Notes: a model not told the origin generated them from the letters alone. A stretch of 64,000 bases of DNA from Porphyridium purpureum (GCA_008690995.1 VRMN01000003.1:930001-994000); one strand, 5' to 3'; positions 1 to 12,300 are shown, counted from the stretch's first letter. Translations and numbers: made by a program.

Positions 1-339
1 GTCTTCTTCTGGGTCTAATACAAGCATGTCTGACTCGGCAGTTGACTTGGTGAGTCCGCTCCGAAACAAGTTTTTGGCCTCACACTGTATAATTGCCGCC
101 ATAATGCGGTCGTTGAACTCAAAGGTGGGCGAGCCTATGTACTCGACCAGCTCTAAGAGCGCGTTCCGCTTCACGTGCTTGAGCAGCAAGTCCGCGCGTG
201 GATCGCAGAAATCGCATCGAATTTCACAAAACTCCAGCTTGGCGACAATGAGATCGTCCAGCTCCTCCTTTGACTTGGCGAACTGGAGCGCCTTGATGTT
301 TTCAAAGGGTTGCTTCTTCCGCGGCATGTTTTGCAGCAT
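1..339 (-). CDS. PP2A regulatory subunit B' (B56), 5' part only; continues beyond window start
   Basis: Not in the ORF track because it is open at the edge. Manual minus-strand translation from ATG 339 gives MLQNMPRKKQPFENIKALQFAKSKEELDDLIVAKLEFCEIRCDFCDPRADLLLKHVKRNALLELVEYIG...AKNLFRSG...VLDPEED, matching the B56 N-terminal pattern KL..C...DF.DP..DL..K.VKR.AL.ELVEYI...NLFR...DPEED. There is an in-frame stop near 410, so an upstream exon is not excluded. Confidence 0.88.
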   Translation of the reverse strand, partial: MLQNMPRKKQPFENIKALQFAKSKEELDDLIVAKLEFCEIRCDFCDPRADLLLKHVKRNALLELVEYIGSPTFEFNDRIMAAIIQCEAKNLFRSGLTKSTAESDMLVLDPEED

Positions 340-2330
340 TGCGCGCGCGTTCTTCCCCCACGCCACGCCGACAACCACCTTGCTCGCAGAGTCCGTGTAC
401 GACAAACATCAAGCCCCGTCAAACCTCTCAACCCGGGAAATCACGACCACGGTCCCTCGTCGGTGCGTGCACGAAGGCCCGCTCCCCGACCGAAAGCCCG
501 TCGCTTCGGACCCTCAATCCCCAGCCCCAACCCGTCTGATGGCGATACGCAGCCCCCTTCCTCTCCGTTTTCTTGATGGGACGCTCGGGAGCAGTATCTC
601 ACTGTCCGCCTCCGTCGCGCACCACTCGCCACGCTCCTCTGTCTCCTTGGTCCAAACTCGACGCTCGCCCACGCACCCCACTGCCTCCCCGGCGTGTATT
701 GTCGTCGCGCCCCGACTCCAATCCCGCGCCCTTCCTGTCCTCCCCCCTTCTTTCCTCCGCTGCGCGTGTCGTTCACCAGCGGCTTCTTACCGCACCCTTA
801 AGACTACCACCACCTTTTCGATCAAACTGCGCGGCGGTCGCCCGGCGCGTGCTCGGCCGCCACACGACGCGTGCCTGCTGCTCGTCGTGCGCTTTCGCTC
901 CCGCCTTTCCCCAAACACGCGGCTGTGTTCACCCGCACGTCCTTTCAGCCCCCGCCCTCCACCACCGGTCGAATCCCCCTTTCAACACACCGCCCACCCA
1001 AAACCTACTCAACATACACCAACACACCAAACGCAAATCCGAAAAAGAAGAGAGCTCTTTCTGGCTTGGCACTCACAAACACTCGCTCACACAGACAAGG
1101 AGAACCGTAGCGCGGGTGGCTTGGCAGCAAGCAGTACCGCGATCGACTTGTCGTTCTGCGCTTTGCTCGCCAAGACGCGGACGCTCGCTCGCGCAGGGCG
1201 ACAAAAAGCAACACTAGAAGAGCCAGCGACCAGCGCTATCAACAGCGTGCTTGCATGCGTGAGACAGACACAGAGAGAGAGAGAATGTGTGTGTATGTTC
1301 GAACGTCGACCGAAAGCTGGATGAAGGGCGACGCGGGTGTCATGCTCGACTCGCGGAAAAAAGCGCACGTCCAAACTTCCGTCAGGTCGCATGATGCGAA
1401 AGCGATGTGTCAGTCACAGTCACCATCACCATTATCATGAGCCGTTGCTGCGGCGCACCCCGGCTCCCCCTCTCTGTTCAGGACGCAAAGCCGTCGAAAC
1501 AAAAAAGCTGCGTCTGCATTTGTGTGTTGTGGAGACGCAACCCGCAGCAATTCGTCGCACGGAGACGACACGGCGTGTGGCGCTGCGGCGCGCGGCTGAA
1601 CTTGCGTCGAACTGTCACGTGGTTGCCAATCAGGGTTACACACAAAAACGTGCACCTGGGCGGAAATGGCGGGCATCCCACCGAAACGTGCCCAACCGTG
1701 AGCTTTCTGCTCCACGTTGCGTCTATTCCCCTTTGGCTCACAGTCAAAATTCGGGGTTGTGGCGCGGGTGAGCGGGAGGACCGACTGGGTGCACGCCACG
1801 AAAGGATTTTTTGAGAACAGCAGGTTGCACGCGCGTGAGTGGAGATGGTCACGTGACATGGTGGGTGCGCGTCGGCGGTAGAAATAGAGATCGATCGTGG
1901 CGCAATTGTTTGGCACGCAACATACCCCAAGACTAATCCGCCGCGTTTCCCAGCACCTCGAACACGTTGGAGGCCACACACACGCGACAACGCTGTCATC
2001 CGGCACAGGGCACACTCACATTGAATCTGGGATCGGGACTGGCTTCGCCGCCTTGCTGCTCACAGTGGTAGTGTGTGTGGTTGTCGGTTGGAATGGAATG
2101 GGGGTCACAATAGAGCTGGATTTCATTTTTCGAAAGAAGGTTCTCCCTCCCGTCGTCACATGAGCGTACGCCACACGAAAGGGGAAAGACGAGCGCGATC
2201 CATCCAGGCAACTTCTGCGGTCTTCTGGCAGCCCCACGTCCGCGCGAGCCGCACACGCCTGTCCCCGCCACTGGTCCGTCACTTGAGCTCGCAAAATTTC
2301 ACATCATTAGTTCACCACAAATAAAAAAGA

Positions 2331-3017
2331 CTAGGCATAAGATCGGAGCAGCTCAATCCAGTACTCCCTCCCGAGCGCGTCGCTCGTGCTGAACACGTAT
2401 TTCCTCTTGCCCGTCTTGAGCGTGAACTGGCAACGGTAGACGCCATCGCTTCCACGCACGTCGTCCGCGAGTTTCGAGTCTGATTCTTGCAAAACAATCA
2501 TCTGGGAAGTCTTCGCCACAATATGGTTCTTCTTGTCATATTTGAACAGGAAGAGAACGGGCCCAAAGTACGCGTGGTCGACAACCGTCGCGAACCGCTT
2601 TTTCCACATCGTGGTGAAGAACTTCTGACGGATGAAGAGATCGCCCCGACCGCATGTGTTCTGCAGCTCCTCCCCTGAGTTAACTTTGGCCGCAATGACA
2701 CCAGAGCAATGCGCAATATCCCTCATGGCCTGTTCCGCTCCCGGCTGTTGAGTGAATCGCACCGGAATGTCGTGGCTCTCGGCCATGTGATCTTTGGCGT
2801 GCTCGCGGTCGCCCTGGAAGAGTGGCTTGAATTCCATAGATTCCGCAGATGGCTCCAAGTCAGCAAAAGCCGGCGCGCCCTTGGTCGGCGCGTCCTTGGC
2901 GGGTGTCAGATGCGGCGTATTGTTCTCTTTATCCTGCCAGTCATTCGCGCCCCCGATGCTCTCCTGCAGCTCGGCGAGCATCTGCTCCGCCATCGTAAGA
3001 TCAAACTCTGTCTCCAT
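2331..3017 (-). CDS. PH-domain protein
   Basis: C-terminal half has the PH pattern: RGDLFIRQKFFTTMWKKRFA...FTLKTGKRKYVFSTSDALGREYWIELL. Confidence 0.8.
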   Translation of the reverse strand: METEFDLTMAEQMLAELQESIGGANDWQDKENNTPHLTPAKDAPTKGAPAFADLEPSAESMEFKPLFQGDREHAKDHMAESHDIPVRFTQQPGAEQAMRDIAHCSGVIAAKVNSGEELQNTCGRGDLFIRQKFFTTMWKKRFATVVDHAYFGPVLFLFKYDKKNHIVAKTSQMIVLQESDSKLADDVRGSDGVYRCQFTLKTGKRKYVFSTSDALGREYWIELLRSYA

Positions 3018-3817
3018 TCTCTTCTCTGTCGCAAACTCGGTAAAGTGCCAACGCGCGAGTTTCGCAGCCGCACCAAAATCAGATCCTGCGTTCGCTTTCT
3101 CGCACTCTTCTCTTTTCGGCGCCTTTCCTCCTGATCACTACACCTGTCGGAGGCACTTTGCGGCTGGCGGATGGAAACTTTCCCCTTCCTCGTCAGTCTC
3201 GATCTTGGCGAATTGCAGTCAACCTCGTCTTCTGGGCACCGACCAAGCTGGTTCTTTATGTACACCGCCCACGACCCGACGGGGCCCGACTATCGCGAAA
3301 CTTAAGCGCCATGCAGCCGTTTCAAGTACGTGCTGCGTCGTTGCAAATGGGAAGCGCGCCCTGCGGAAGCAACAATCACAGCGTTGTCTGATTTTTCAAA
3401 ATGTCCGCAACGACTGTCCAAATCGTGGCTTGCCCGTTTCAGTCGTTTCGTTCGCTCAATCGTTTCGAAACGGTCAAGCAGGCCTGGGTACAGCTTTTCA
3501 CAATAGATGAAGTACAGTTCGCTTTTCTTCGCCGAAGTGTCCGAGGAGGGAGGTACAGTAGCGCGTGCTGGTCTTGCCGGTCTCGCGCTGCGCGTGCCAT
3601 GAGGGCATGTTGTGCGGACCGGCTGTTCCCTGATGCTGGTCGGTGCGCTGGACCGGTTCCTGAGCGTGGTCGTACAGCCATGCGGCTGGCTAAATCAAAG
3701 ATGCCCGGCAGGACTGGCGTCGCGTGTGACGCAAATCATTTTCTTTCGCTTCGCCACGCTCATCAAAATCAGTCCACACCCAGGTCAATCGGGTTAAGTG
3801 CAGACATGCCATGCTAG

Positions 3818-5905
3818 TTAATGGGATTCCGAGTCGAGAAGCACGAGGAGCTCGTACACACATCGAGAAAATGCTAAGCGGGTCGCGTCATCACTGTCCA
3901 TCGCAGCAAGTCGAACGTCCGCGCGCTCGCCGACGTGAACGGCATCCTGATAGGACGCAATGAACGTGTCCACGAGCATGCATTCGAATGGAGCGTGACG
4001 AGAATCGTAAGATAATCTCTTCGCCGATCCTCGGATTTCACGATCCCAGCATGTGCGGTGAAGTTCGTTCACGAGTCGCGCGATGTGAAGAAATCGCAGA
4101 GCGAGGTGAAGCAGAGACATTTCTTCGACGTGCTCAGACTCCTCAAACGACAGTTCTTCTCTGCACAGCATGTCCGCGCGGACGGAGCGTGTGGCCGCAG
4201 AAAGAAACTCGTTTTCGCCGCGAATACCGTGCCTGTCAAGTTGACGTATCTGTGCCTCGACGAGTGGAAACTGTTCTAACAGCTTGTCAGCGTACGAGTC
4301 ACCGAATAGAAGAGCAGCACACCCTTGCACATTCAGGCACTGCTCAACTACGCGAACCACATCATGCAGCGTGGCACTATCCAGTGCACTTTTCACGTAA
4401 GATTCGCTGAGTGCGGTATCGAGATACGCCGAATCCACGAGGTTGGTGAGGGCTCGGAAAGCAGCGTCAAAGCATTTGGAGTACGCAATCTCCATGCGAG
4501 ATTGAGACAGCTCGCTATTTATCGCGATCGGTCTCCCACCGTTGTCGAAGCACTCCCTCATCGTTTCATGGACAAGATTGGTGCAGCCTTGGACGTAGTG
4601 CGATAGTGATTTGAGGGATATGCTCTCCAGCCCTGCCAGGTCGCAGCTCGATTTAAAGCGACACAAGGCAGACGCCAAAAGAAGGGTTTCAGTCGTGACC
4701 ACGCCTACGTTGCTGGTGGTCATGCGGCGGCCAAAGTCGTTGTCGCCCAGAGCACCGTTCTTTCTTCTCTGGAAGAACGACGCAAGGCGAACCCCCAATT
4801 CGGGATTCAAGGCAACGCGTGCGTGAATGTCGGTCACATTCTTTACTTGCGGCTCATGTGAGGAAGTATCATGCAAAACCAGCACACCGCTCGCGACCAG
4901 ACGATTTTCGAACGCCAGCCCGAGCTTTGAAAGTCCGAAGCTGACGTGGCCCTTTGGTATCGGACGCATGACTTTCCCGTTCACAAGACTTTTCCGATCT
5001 TGTGTGAGCCAGCTTTTCAAAACGGCTCGTTTCTTCTCTGGCGTCAGGAAGAAGCGCTCGCGGGGTACACTCTGTTTAGCTCGCTTGTATGCGTCGTAGA
5101 TGCTAATGGCCACCGCAACACTCACGTTCATTGACTCGACGAAGCCACGCATTGGAATTGTAAAGTAGCCATCCGCGAGCTGCAGCATCTCTTCAGTCAC
5201 GCCTTGCACTTCGTTGCCAAACACCAAAGCCACTTTCTGGTCCGAGTAATCAATGTCATCCAAGCTCACGGCCTGCGGGTTCAGACTGCTCACCAGAACC
5301 TTGTATCCTTGCGCGTGTAGCTGCGCAACGCAAGCTGCGGTACTGCTATACTCGTGAATGGACAGCCACTTATGACAGCCTTTCGAAACGGCTTGAGCGC
5401 TATGTTCACTCGCGAGAGCGTCCAAGAGAGAAACCGTGCTGTCCCTGCGCGCATGTACCGCGTGCACATCCTGAATGCCTGCTGCATCACTCGTACGCAG
5501 TGTCGCCGCCAAGTTATGCAATATGTTGATGTGTTCCAGAACCAACGCAACATGATGTGTTCGCTCCTGCAGCGCGTGCAACATGCTGTTTGCGCGCGAC
5601 TCTGTCAGCCCTCGAAGCAAGGCGCGAATCGATTGTGACTCTGCATCTTGGTCGCCACCGATCACGCCCCACTGCTCCAGCATGCGCGAGAATTCTGCCA
5701 CTCCGTTGCTGCCTTCCGCGACGCGGGCATACTTCCCGGTCCGCGTCGCAATCCCGTTCTGCAAGGTCTCTTGGCGTGACTTTGCTTCCATCGAAACGAA
5801 CGCTGTGCGCTGGCGCCGAGACCCACGGTGCCCAAGCCGCAGCTGCAGACGCGTGGCGCGGTGAGATGCTCCACAAGGTAGTAAGAACGCAGTCATCGGT
5901 ATCAT
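3818..5905 (-). CDS. SpoU/TrmH-family RNA 2'-O-methyltransferase with organellar presequence and long C-terminal extension
   Basis: SPOUT motifs VLEHINILHNLAATLRTSDAAG, ALVFGNEVQGV and IPMRGFVESMNVSVA. Arg/Ala-rich N-terminus from ATG 5905 or 5896; the ORF-track start at 5950 is GTG. Confidence 0.85.
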   Translation of the reverse strand: MIPMTAFLLPCGASHRATRLQLRLGHRGSRRQRTAFVSMEAKSRQETLQNGIATRTGKYARVAEGSNGVAEFSRMLEQWGVIGGDQDAESQSIRALLRGLTESRANSMLHALQERTHHVALVLEHINILHNLAATLRTSDAAGIQDVHAVHARRDSTVSLLDALASEHSAQAVSKGCHKWLSIHEYSSTAACVAQLHAQGYKVLVSSLNPQAVSLDDIDYSDQKVALVFGNEVQGVTEEMLQLADGYFTIPMRGFVESMNVSVAVAISIYDAYKRAKQSVPRERFFLTPEKKRAVLKSWLTQDRKSLVNGKVMRPIPKGHVSFGLSKLGLAFENRLVASGVLVLHDTSSHEPQVKNVTDIHARVALNPELGVRLASFFQRRKNGALGDNDFGRRMTTSNVGVVTTETLLLASALCRFKSSCDLAGLESISLKSLSHYVQGCTNLVHETMRECFDNGGRPIAINSELSQSRMEIAYSKCFDAAFRALTNLVDSAYLDTALSESYVKSALDSATLHDVVRVVEQCLNVQGCAALLFGDSYADKLLEQFPLVEAQIRQLDRHGIRGENEFLSAATRSVRADMLCREELSFEESEHVEEMSLLHLALRFLHIARLVNELHRTCWDREIRGSAKRLSYDSRHAPFECMLVDTFIASYQDAVHVGERADVRLAAMDSDDATRLAFSRCVYELLVLLDSESH

Positions 5906-6072
5906 GTCTCTGATCGCATCGCCGCTTCTCTCGCACAGCGCCGCCGTCACCTGCTATGGATGGAAATGGCGCCGTTAAACCGTTTCTCGTTTCCTTTCCG
6001 AAGAAGCCATGCGCCGATAAGCCGGTCGACGCGATTTCTTGTGAACGAGCAGCGAAGAAGAGACAGTTGGCC

Positions 6073-7914
6073 ATGGTGACAGCGTCCACGACGCCATCTT
6101 TGCCGGAGGAAGATGGCAAGGACGGCTCTCCCATCCTTCCGCCACCAGAGATTCGCACCATCATAGAGAAAACGGTGCCGTTCGTGAGGAAGAACGGGCT
6201 GGAGTTTGAGGCAAAGGTGCGTGCGGCCAATGCGTCCAATGTCAAATTTGGGTTTTTGGACAAGTCGCATCCGTACCATGCGTTCTACCAGAGCAGGCTG
6301 CATGCGAGCGAAGAAGATGCCGAAGGTAGGACGACAATAGAACCACCTGGGCATGATGCAGATGAGGCGCTTCGTGCCCGCGCTCCACCTGACCAAGACG
6401 CGCTGGTACCGCCTACCGGCATGATGATGGGTGGGACTGTGACGGGAATGGTCGAGAAGAGGGCACAGATTTCGAAATCAAGACAAGCACTTCTGGAGCA
6501 GAGCAAGACTCGGCCCAGAACGGCGCTTGACCCTCCTCCAGTTGACGTGTTTTCGATCCCGGAATGCAGTTTGGTGCCGACGGCGCTCGAGCTTGAGGTA
6601 GTGAAACTGACTGCGCAGTTTACCGTGTGCAATCCTGCTGCATTTCTGGACGTGATACGAAAGAAGGAACAGCGCAATGCTTTGTTTGCATTTTTACAGC
6701 CGCTGCATCCCCATCATGAGCTTTTTTCGAAATTATGTGAGGCATACAGAATCATTCAAACCAAAGATCAGACTTTGGTACAAAGGATCCTACGCCTGCT
6801 TGACTCCCCGGAGCCAGTCCTGGATCTCATGAACCAAAAAATGGAATGGGAACGGCATCTACACATGGAGCGCGATGATGAGGAGCCATCCGGAGCATCT
6901 AGTGGAGCTGAAGCTGGATGTACAATCGACTGGCACGACTTTACGACCGTGGAAACGATCGATTTTGAAGAGGATGAACATCTCCCGCTTCCTATTCTGT
7001 CGCAAGACATTGCACGAGAATTGCAAATACGCGAGACGGCAGAAGCCGCGACGGTGGCGCAGCAGAACAGTGAGAAACCGGTAGATGAAGACATGGATGT
7101 GGACCACCACCAAACCGCACGAGGCCAGGAGAACGTCGCACAAGACACTGGAGTGGCGGTGAGTGGACAGCTTGTACGGCTTCCGACCGGGCAAGTGGTG
7201 CCTTTGGAGGACATCGCTCGCACAATGCGCGCCCACCTACTGGATCCAAAATACAAGGAGGAGCGTAGGATCGCAGCTGATCGGCGGCGTATTGTAAACT
7301 TGGTGTCGGGTGATGAGGCAGCAGAAAATTTGAATCGCTTTTCTGAAGCTCGTCCCAGAGCTATTGTGCAAAAGAATGTGAATACGGCGAACACACCGAG
7401 GCGACTCTCGACAAATAATGTCGACCCGACGCCTAGAACGCGGTCAGATGCACCATTGCTGCCGAAGCGCGGTGTAGAAGATGATCGAAAGGAAAAACTA
7501 GACGATGAACGGAGGAAGAAAGTACCACGTGTACAGCATACTTCTTCACCATTGGGCACCGACTCGGCCGCGCTCAACCCGAAGTCCGGAAACGACGCGA
7601 GCCGGTTTGTGCCGGAACGTGAATGGATTGCGAGGCATGGCACACTGATCAAGATCTCTGTTCAGGCTCCGACACATGAGAACAACGAATGGAAACTTAC
7701 CGGACAGCGGATATCATTGGAGCTTCCACTCGCAGTCTCCGTCGGGGATTTGAAAAAGACACTGACTCAGCTCACCAAGGTACCTTCGAACAAGCAAAAG
7801 CTTTATGCGGAGCCCGGTGGGTTTCTAAAGGACAATCAATCACTGGCCTACTACAATGTCGTACCCGATTGTGTCATGACGCTGAGCCTCAAAGATCGTG
7901 GTGGGAGGCGGTAG
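6073..7914 (+). CDS. SF3A1: Splicing factor 3A subunit 1 (Prp21)
   Basis: Two SURP domains (PPPEIRTIIEKTVPFVRKNGLEFE...HPYHAFY; VVKLTAQF...FAFLQPLHPHH), IDWHDFTTVETIDF, RAHLLDPKYKEER and a C-terminal ubiquitin-like domain ending KDRGGRR. Start is ATG 6073 or 5956. Confidence 0.93.
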   Translation: MVTASTTPSLPEEDGKDGSPILPPPEIRTIIEKTVPFVRKNGLEFEAKVRAANASNVKFGFLDKSHPYHAFYQSRLHASEEDAEGRTTIEPPGHDADEALRARAPPDQDALVPPTGMMMGGTVTGMVEKRAQISKSRQALLEQSKTRPRTALDPPPVDVFSIPECSLVPTALELEVVKLTAQFTVCNPAAFLDVIRKKEQRNALFAFLQPLHPHHELFSKLCEAYRIIQTKDQTLVQRILRLLDSPEPVLDLMNQKMEWERHLHMERDDEEPSGASSGAEAGCTIDWHDFTTVETIDFEEDEHLPLPILSQDIARELQIRETAEAATVAQQNSEKPVDEDMDVDHHQTARGQENVAQDTGVAVSGQLVRLPTGQVVPLEDIARTMRAHLLDPKYKEERRIAADRRRIVNLVSGDEAAENLNRFSEARPRAIVQKNVNTANTPRRLSTNNVDPTPRTRSDAPLLPKRGVEDDRKEKLDDERRKKVPRVQHTSSPLGTDSAALNPKSGNDASRFVPEREWIARHGTLIKISVQAPTHENNEWKLTGQRISLELPLAVSVGDLKKTLTQLTKVPSNKQKLYAEPGGFLKDNQSLAYYNVVPDCVMTLSLKDRGGRR

Positions 7915-8097
7915 CAAAGTGATGTCGTGCACGCAGAACGAGCCCAGACTTATCAAAGCGAGTAGCTTTAGGTTTTGACTCGAAAACAATGACACCATTC
8001 ACGTCCTCATCTTCAGTCCCAAAGAGAACCCGACACGAGCGAACCCGCATAACTCTAGACCGGTGTGAATCTGATGTTCTCTTGAGCTGCAAATTTC

Positions 8098-8742
8098 TTA
8101 CAGCAACATCTGGATGCCGAAACCAGCGTGAACAAGGAACGCAGCCATCGTAGCGGCTCCAATATAGGCATGGACTTTGCGGCCCTGGATCTTTGCTTTT
8201 GGAGTGCTTCCAAAGCCGGAGTACGCAATAATAGCCTCAAGGGTCAAGAGCGCCAGGACCAGGCCTGCGCTCTTCGCATGCTCTGACTCGAGAATGTCGT
8301 ATCCTTGGAGCACCGTGGAGAGGATCCCACCCGATGCGCCCATGAACGCCAAAAGCCAAAACGCTACCATGAGCTGCTCATGGAGCTGCTTCTGCTTGAC
8401 GCCTGCCTTCTTGTCCGGATTCAGTCGGCCTGCCCAACCAAGGTACGCTCCGCCACCGCCCATAGCGGCGACCATGATGGACATCATCACTGGGTGGCCA
8501 TACTTGGTGACCGGCTCGGGCACACCGCTGAAGCCTTTTGCCAGCGTCTCGAGCCACTTGGGGTTTTCCGCGATCCAGTTGAGCGCCTCGTGCGCCGTCT
8601 GCGCGTGCTCCACAACCATGACGGGTGCGGCGCGCGTCCTGATCGCCGCGCGGTGCGCTGGCGCCGCGCGCGTCGCTGGCATTAGTGCCCGCCCATACAG
8701 CCGCGGCGCAACTCCACCCACGCTCACAAATGCCGCAGCCAT
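8098..8742 (-). CDS. Plastid-targeted membrane protein, DUF4079 / cytochrome b561-like
   Basis: Transit peptide MAAAFVSVGG..., then four hydrophobic helices with conserved His (GHPVMM, LHEQL, SEHAK, VHAYIG, LVHAG). Confidence 0.75.
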   Translation of the reverse strand: MAAAFVSVGGVAPRLYGRALMPATRAAPAHRAAIRTRAAPVMVVEHAQTAHEALNWIAENPKWLETLAKGFSGVPEPVTKYGHPVMMSIMVAAMGGGGAYLGWAGRLNPDKKAGVKQKQLHEQLMVAFWLLAFMGASGGILSTVLQGYDILESEHAKSAGLVLALLTLEAIIAYSGFGSTPKAKIQGRKVHAYIGAATMAAFLVHAGFGIQMLL

Positions 8743-8780
8743 GGTTGTCCTTTCTTCTTCTGCGACGTACCGTCTCCGCG

Positions 8781-8873
8781 CTGCGTCCACTTGTCTGCCG
8801 CTACGAATCTGCGTCCGCTTTGTCTGCCACTACGAATCTGCGTCCTCTTTATCTGCCGCACCAAGTCTGCGTC
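8781..8873. repeat. About 29-bp tandem repeat, about 3.3 copies, in the 5' region of the DUF4079 gene
   Basis: Units CTGCGTCCACTTGTCTGCCGCTACGAAT / CTGCGTCCGCTTTGTCTGCCACTACGAAT / CTGCGTCCTCTTTATCTGCCGCACCAAGT / CTGCGTC. Confidence 0.8.
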
Positions 8874-9322
8874 ACCGCATTCCGCCTCGGCACAACCTCC
8901 AGCCGCGGATCCGCAACCGGACAAGTGTGCAACATGTCATCTCGATCACGCACTGTACACCCAGCTGGCGCAGCGTGTACAGTGTGCGAATTGCGCACGG
9001 GCGCGCCCAACTCGGCGCGTGCGACCGCGGATGCTTTTGCTCCCGCGGTCGCACGCGCCGAGCGACTCGAACGCGGTCCAAAGCCGGGGTATCGAGACGC
9101 GTCTCATGCAAGAAGAAAAGGCAGAGACTGCGGTGACAGGGTGCTCCTCCTCTGTGCCCACATGCAGACGGGCGAAGTATGATTCGCGCAACCAAAGCAA
9201 AGGAAAAAGGTTGCGTTTCGATCCAAACGATCCAATTCTCACCGCTGTCGGTTGAGAATTTACCGTCAATAATCATTCCTTTTTGTACAAGATCAAAACT
9301 ATAACTGATGTGATATAGGCAG

Positions 9323-12300
9323 TCAAATGAGCGCAGTAAGCCACCAAGGCTCGTCGTCCTGCGCAACATCGAAGACACCATTCTCCGGAATCACCCCTAC
9401 GTCAATCCCTTTCGAGGCCCACAAGTGTTCGCGAAGGCTCGGCACGTCATGATGCGCCGGGTTTGAGCTGAGGAACGAAAGTGCTATCTTACTTTGACGC
9501 ACCATTTGCAAGCAGGCCCGCATTGCGTGGGGATAAAGCTCGTCTCGGTTAGCGCGACGACCGGTCCACAGCACTACAAAGTAGTCCCGCCCAACAAACG
9601 CGCAAGGTGGGGCTACGATACAGCACAGAGTCTCGTCTGCGCGCAAGCGACTCTCATCGCGCAGCCGCCGCGCAACAAAGTAGCCTGGGTCACGGCTGCT
9701 GTACGGTTCGACACGAAAGAGCTGCATGTCGTCAAAGGCGGTCAACGAACCGCGCAAGTTGGCAAGTGTCTCAACAAACCCTTCGTTGGGCGCCGCGATC
9801 GGTCGTGCCTGCATTACTGATGCATATGCCTCTTCGTACGTCAGACCCTTGCGCAAAATCAAATAACAAATGACGGCCGCACACGACCGCGAAATGCCTT
9901 GGTGGCAATGCACATAGCACGTGCCTGATGCAGCCTGGCTTTCGTCGATGAAGTCGCAAATGTCGAGCAGAAGGGAACCAATATCACCATCGATCGAGTC
10001 CGTCAACTTCAGACTTAGATACTTGAACATGCCCGGAAAGTGATCGGGTTCGGTGAGGGAACACATGTTGATAATATGTGTCACGTTCTTGCTCCGCAAC
10101 AGGTCTAGATCCCGTGCCGGCACGCTCGACCCAACTAGTAAATGTGGAAGGACCTGAGAGGGGACCGCATGGCAAGCGTCAATCGTGACTTGGACGGGCG
10201 TGGTCACGGGTGCCTCTGCCAGCCCAGCAAGGTTCTTGACGGATCCTAAGTTCAGTTTTGAGATCGAGTCCGACCTTTGCATCGAAAGCTTCACTTCTGA
10301 ATACTTACTTTGCGAAAGAGTTCGAACCATGTCCGCGCCTACTGCATGACCTTCATGTGACACCCTTTTGCCTGATAATTCTGGCATGCTCCCCGAGTGG
10401 GAATGACCGCCGCCATGATGCTCCGTCAAAGAAAACACCTCGCTGCTACTCTTCTTCGGTGCACCATCCTCGCGGCTGTGCTCAATCGCAGCCAGAACGC
10501 GCGGCGAGCCGGGAGGCTCCGACAAGACACTGTCTCGGGCCAAAAGTACACTTGTCAGCAAACTTCCTCTGCGCACGGTTTTCGGTACGGAAGAGGAGAA
10601 CGACGGCGACGACACTGCACTGGTTCCATCTTTCACGACTAATTTTGAGGAAAGGGAAGCGGTACTTGATGATACAGATCCCAAAGAAACGTTTTCTGGG
10701 CTGGTGCTGATTCCATGTGGTGCTGAGGCCGGATCCCCAAACGCATGCTCTCCGGCGTCACTTGAGTAAGACGAGCTCAGCAATCTGAACAGATCGTTTG
10801 ATGCATTACCATCTTCACTCGAGCCATCAACCTCTTCGGAGTTCTCTTCCCCTTCGTTGCCATCGAGCAAGTCTGATTCATCCTTCACGGTGAACCGCTT
10901 TGCCAACGGACTCAAAATCGCCGCGCCACTCAAGAGCCGGGACCGGGCAACGCGAGCCGAAGACAGTGGCAGCCCAGATGGCAGGCCTTTTTCGCCCGAG
11001 AAACCATCGTCACAGCGTGACGCAGAAGTATCCAGATCTAAAAATTGCCGCGGACGAGGTGACCCGGTGATAATCGGAGACGACGGCGGCTCAATACTTC
11101 CGAACACGTGGCTGGCACTGCCGTGCGAAGAGCTTCCTGCGGGCGCACCTGAGCGAAACGGTGCCGACACGGTTGCCCTGTCCTTTGCGCGTGGTGACAT
11201 CGGTTCCGAGTCCGCGAGCGAGATGCTCCTTGCTCCAAGCCCACCAAATGCTCGCATGGTCGGGGATGGTGGAACTGGAATCTCGTGCCCATTTCTACCT
11301 GTTATGTCTGGAAGGCCACCCGTCCTCCTACGACTCGGTGACGAGGGTGCGTTTTGGAAGAGGTCGCATTCTGCACACAATGGGCTCAAACAATCGTGAT
11401 TGAAAACAAGCGAGGACGCTAGACGGGCTGAACGCACAGAGTGCGACGACTGCGATCTTTGCGACGTCGAATAGGACGTCATGCTCGAGATTGACCTTGA
11501 TATCCTCACGTCGAGCGGGCCACGCCCGAGATCCAAATCTGCTGCCGCATCTGCGAAAGGAGGATTCATCTCCAAGCCCCTCAGGTCCAAAGCAATCTGA
11601 TCACGCGCAGCGGATGAGTTTCTTAAGCTCAGCGCACGCCTGTCAGTCAGTGGCGTGTCACGGCTGGAATGCTGACTATAATATTTCGACAGTTCGAGCG
11701 GTATATTCGCGTCCAACGAGCGCTGAAGAGCATCGCGCGGAATGGCCTTGAGCAGCGTCAAAATATTTCTGACCATACAAGCCTTGATGAAGAGAATAAG
11801 GCCCTCTGCGCCATCGCGTTGGTTGTTTCGAAAATGGCTGGCAACCATGTCTTCACCTGCAACTAGCGCGCGCGCGCTGGTCTGAAGAGCTTCGTCAGAA
11901 TGGTTCCGATTCTCCATGTCGACAAGAAAAAGCGCGAAGCGATCCCGCACACTCCCGCTGCTTGGCCACGTCTCGATATGCGGCGGCGCGGCGGTAAAGC
12001 ACTTCATGAGTGTCGTGCGAGCACGCTGAACTTCCTCGTACAAAAGACTGCTTTCAACTGGCACTGAGCTCGGATCCAGGTCGAAGCAGTTTTCGTACCG
12101 GCAAGCCACGGCGAACCATCGACTCGCCCTGGATGGCACCTGCAAGGGATGCGGCGCGTGTTTGAGGTCAAAATCTGCGTCGTACGCCCACAAACGAAAG
12201 TAGTCTGAGAGCACTGGATTCGCAGCCTGGGCATCGGTGTACTGTGATCTTTGCGGCGAGTTGTGTGAGGCAGCGACGTCGACGCACCTGTCGACAGGCA

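Noticed and set aside
26..1324. 432-aa plus-strand ORF
   Set aside because: It is antisense to the PP2A B' CDS and then runs through low-complexity upstream sequence; no protein-like motif.
1790..1860. Sm-site-like GATTTTTTGA as a possible snRNA
   Set aside because: No U1, U2, U4 or U5 conserved sequence nearby; the motif alone is too common.
8781..8873. CRISPR-like array
   Set aside because: Contiguous 29-bp tandem units with no spacers, eukaryotic context and no cas genes.
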